DNA of 64,000 nucleotides, taken from the NCBI GenBank assembly GCA_043228905.1, contig JBHGNT010000022.1:3224001-3288000 (forward strand), in the 5' to 3' direction. Made by a program: the position numbers and the translations under genes. Numbering within the stretch: position 1 is the first letter of the stretch; every line of letters begins with the position of its first letter. This DNA comes from Azolla caroliniana. Lineage: Eukaryota; Plantae; Polypodiophyta. The notes beneath the pieces are model-generated. The model did not search any database, was not told the DNA's origin, and saw nothing but the letters and a program-made list of their open reading frames with translations. Positions 62,333-64,000 of the stretch are shown piece by piece.

Positions 62333-63462
62333 CAACTACGCTTGTGCATGTGTTTGTATTTGACGATTTTGTGTGTGCGGGTGCATGCAATTGTGGATTG
62401 TGGGCATGTATGTTTTTGTACCGACTAATATATTTTCTCTTTATGTGTTTGTAAATTTGTAATATATGTGTGTGTGTGTCTGTGCGTTAAAATAATTGTA
62501 GTTTTAAGGGGTTGTAAACTTTTGGAATTTATAATAATTATTTGCTGGAATTTGTGGGCATTTTGTAAAATGGAGGCCCTAGGGTGTTTTGAGTGTGTAA
62601 GGAGGATTGGACATAAATGTCGAAGACAGAAAGAATCAATAGTGTGCACCTTATGACTTTGGTACTGAACTCAAGGTCAAAGAGATAAACCAATGACGAG
62701 GAGGTTCATCATTAGACTTCTGATGGTGCAAGCATTGTTGCACAACATGCAACAACTCCTCTTGTAGTGCAATTGCTCTACATGATAAGTAGTGACCCGA
62801 TCTGTCATGCAAAAGTTCCACACAATGGTCATTGGCTAATAATGATAGTTCCCTCGCCCCGATGGCTCAAGTTCCTTCATCTGGGATTGTACACAATATA
62901 GTTTATGTTGGGCCCACAATTGTAGGACATGATATGGAACTCCTATGGTCTTTGATGGAAGGGCATTGGATCTACAAAATCCAAAGATGTGGGTGCAAAT
63001 CCCCCACCTTGTAAAAGCTATCAAGTTTGTGTGGGAGTTAGGAATCAAAAAATAAAATCACAAAACAAGAGTGAAGAAGTAGATCACACAAAGAAGAAGA
63101 AGAAGAAGGAAGAGGATAACAAGATGAGCTCTCTATTCACTATGATGAACAATGTGTCTATAAGTACGAGTGAAGCGAGAGCTATATATGGAACCCTAAC
63201 TTCCCTAAGTATTATGAACTACCACATATTAGTGTATCATGTATATGTGGTTACATGGGGGGGGAAACCTCTAGCCAACTACATAGTAAAAAGTAGCCAC
63301 GTATATGGAAATTGTTCACATCAAAGCTACTTGAGAGACACATAATTGTAACAAACCCTCCCTGGAGCGAATGATGTGAACACATACAGGGACTGATAGA
63401 TCATCATCCCCTACAAGGTAGTAAGCCTAAAGCTTTGCCAAAAGCTTCAAACTTATGCATGC

Positions 63463-63777
63463 ATGTATGTAGTCGCCTTTGAAGATGCAATGATTAAGTA
63501 AGCAATTCGTGTCAAACATACATAGCGTTTCGGTCTAAACCCGTTAAGGATTAATCGGTTTGGATAAACTGGTGCTTAAACAAGTTTACGCTTAACCGGT
63601 TTGGTGAAACCCAGTTTAGGAGACGATTCGGTTCAAGTTTGAAATCTCCCAAATTGGTCAAGGCTTAACTGATTTGGCCACAAACCAGTTAAGCCGAAAC
63701 AAAACCGTTGTCGATTCCTATTGATGACACGAGTTGCTTGCTTAATCATTACATCTTCAAAGGCGACATACATACAT
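63463..63777. mobile_element. MITE-like or fold-back element
   Basis: Inverted repeat of 63472-63514 (GTCGCCTTTGAAGATGCAATGATTAAGTAAGCAATTCGTGTCA) at 63725-63767 with 3 mismatches, extended by TATG/CATA repeats. TSD unclear. Confidence 0.65.
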
Positions 63778-63779
63778 AC

Positions 63780-64000
63780 TGTTGAGAATCAAGCTCAACT
63801 TGGTCTAGTGTGTGAACTCACCTTGAGAGTGAATAAACACTCCAACGGTCAAGAGTCACCATTATGTCACCTCTTTGTATTCTAGCATTTAGTATTAGTC
63901 ATAGAATCACATTCTATGACACATAACTTATGAGCTTTCACATTCCCCATGCTCCATGAGTCTTGTAGTTAATGAAGAGAGAGGGTGACTATATAAAGCA
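63780..64000 (+). mobile_element. Possible start of another LTR
   Basis: Begins TGTTGAG with CTATATAAA about 210 bp in; no partner within the window. Confidence 0.3.

Noticed and set aside
62450-63400. Host gene in ORFs 62832-63345
   Set aside because: Short, with no recognisable domain; cannot be supported from sequence alone.

Overview
Repeat-dense plant nuclear DNA, probably from a non-seed plant (inferred from the TE families); no ordinary host gene was recognised. The backbone is a degenerate head-to-tail satellite whose 141-bp monomer is a complete tRNA-Leu(AAG) gene unit (81-nt tRNA plus 60-nt spacer with TTTT terminator). It covers roughly 18 kb, about 130 monomers by length, with higher-order blocks. 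Nested in it are: a Ty3/gypsy integrase remnant; four Ty1/copia elements or fragments with tRNA-iMet PBS; a near-intact Ty3/gypsy element with tRNA-Trp PBS, 4-bp TSD and a -1 frameshift signal; a gag-only relative; a chimeric three-LTR relative; and two copies of a Sola2-like DNA transposon carrying a second spliced gene and palindromic microrepeats. A 4.4-kb inversion (21978-26388) splits the first transposase cleanly in frame. All counts and alignments were made by eye.
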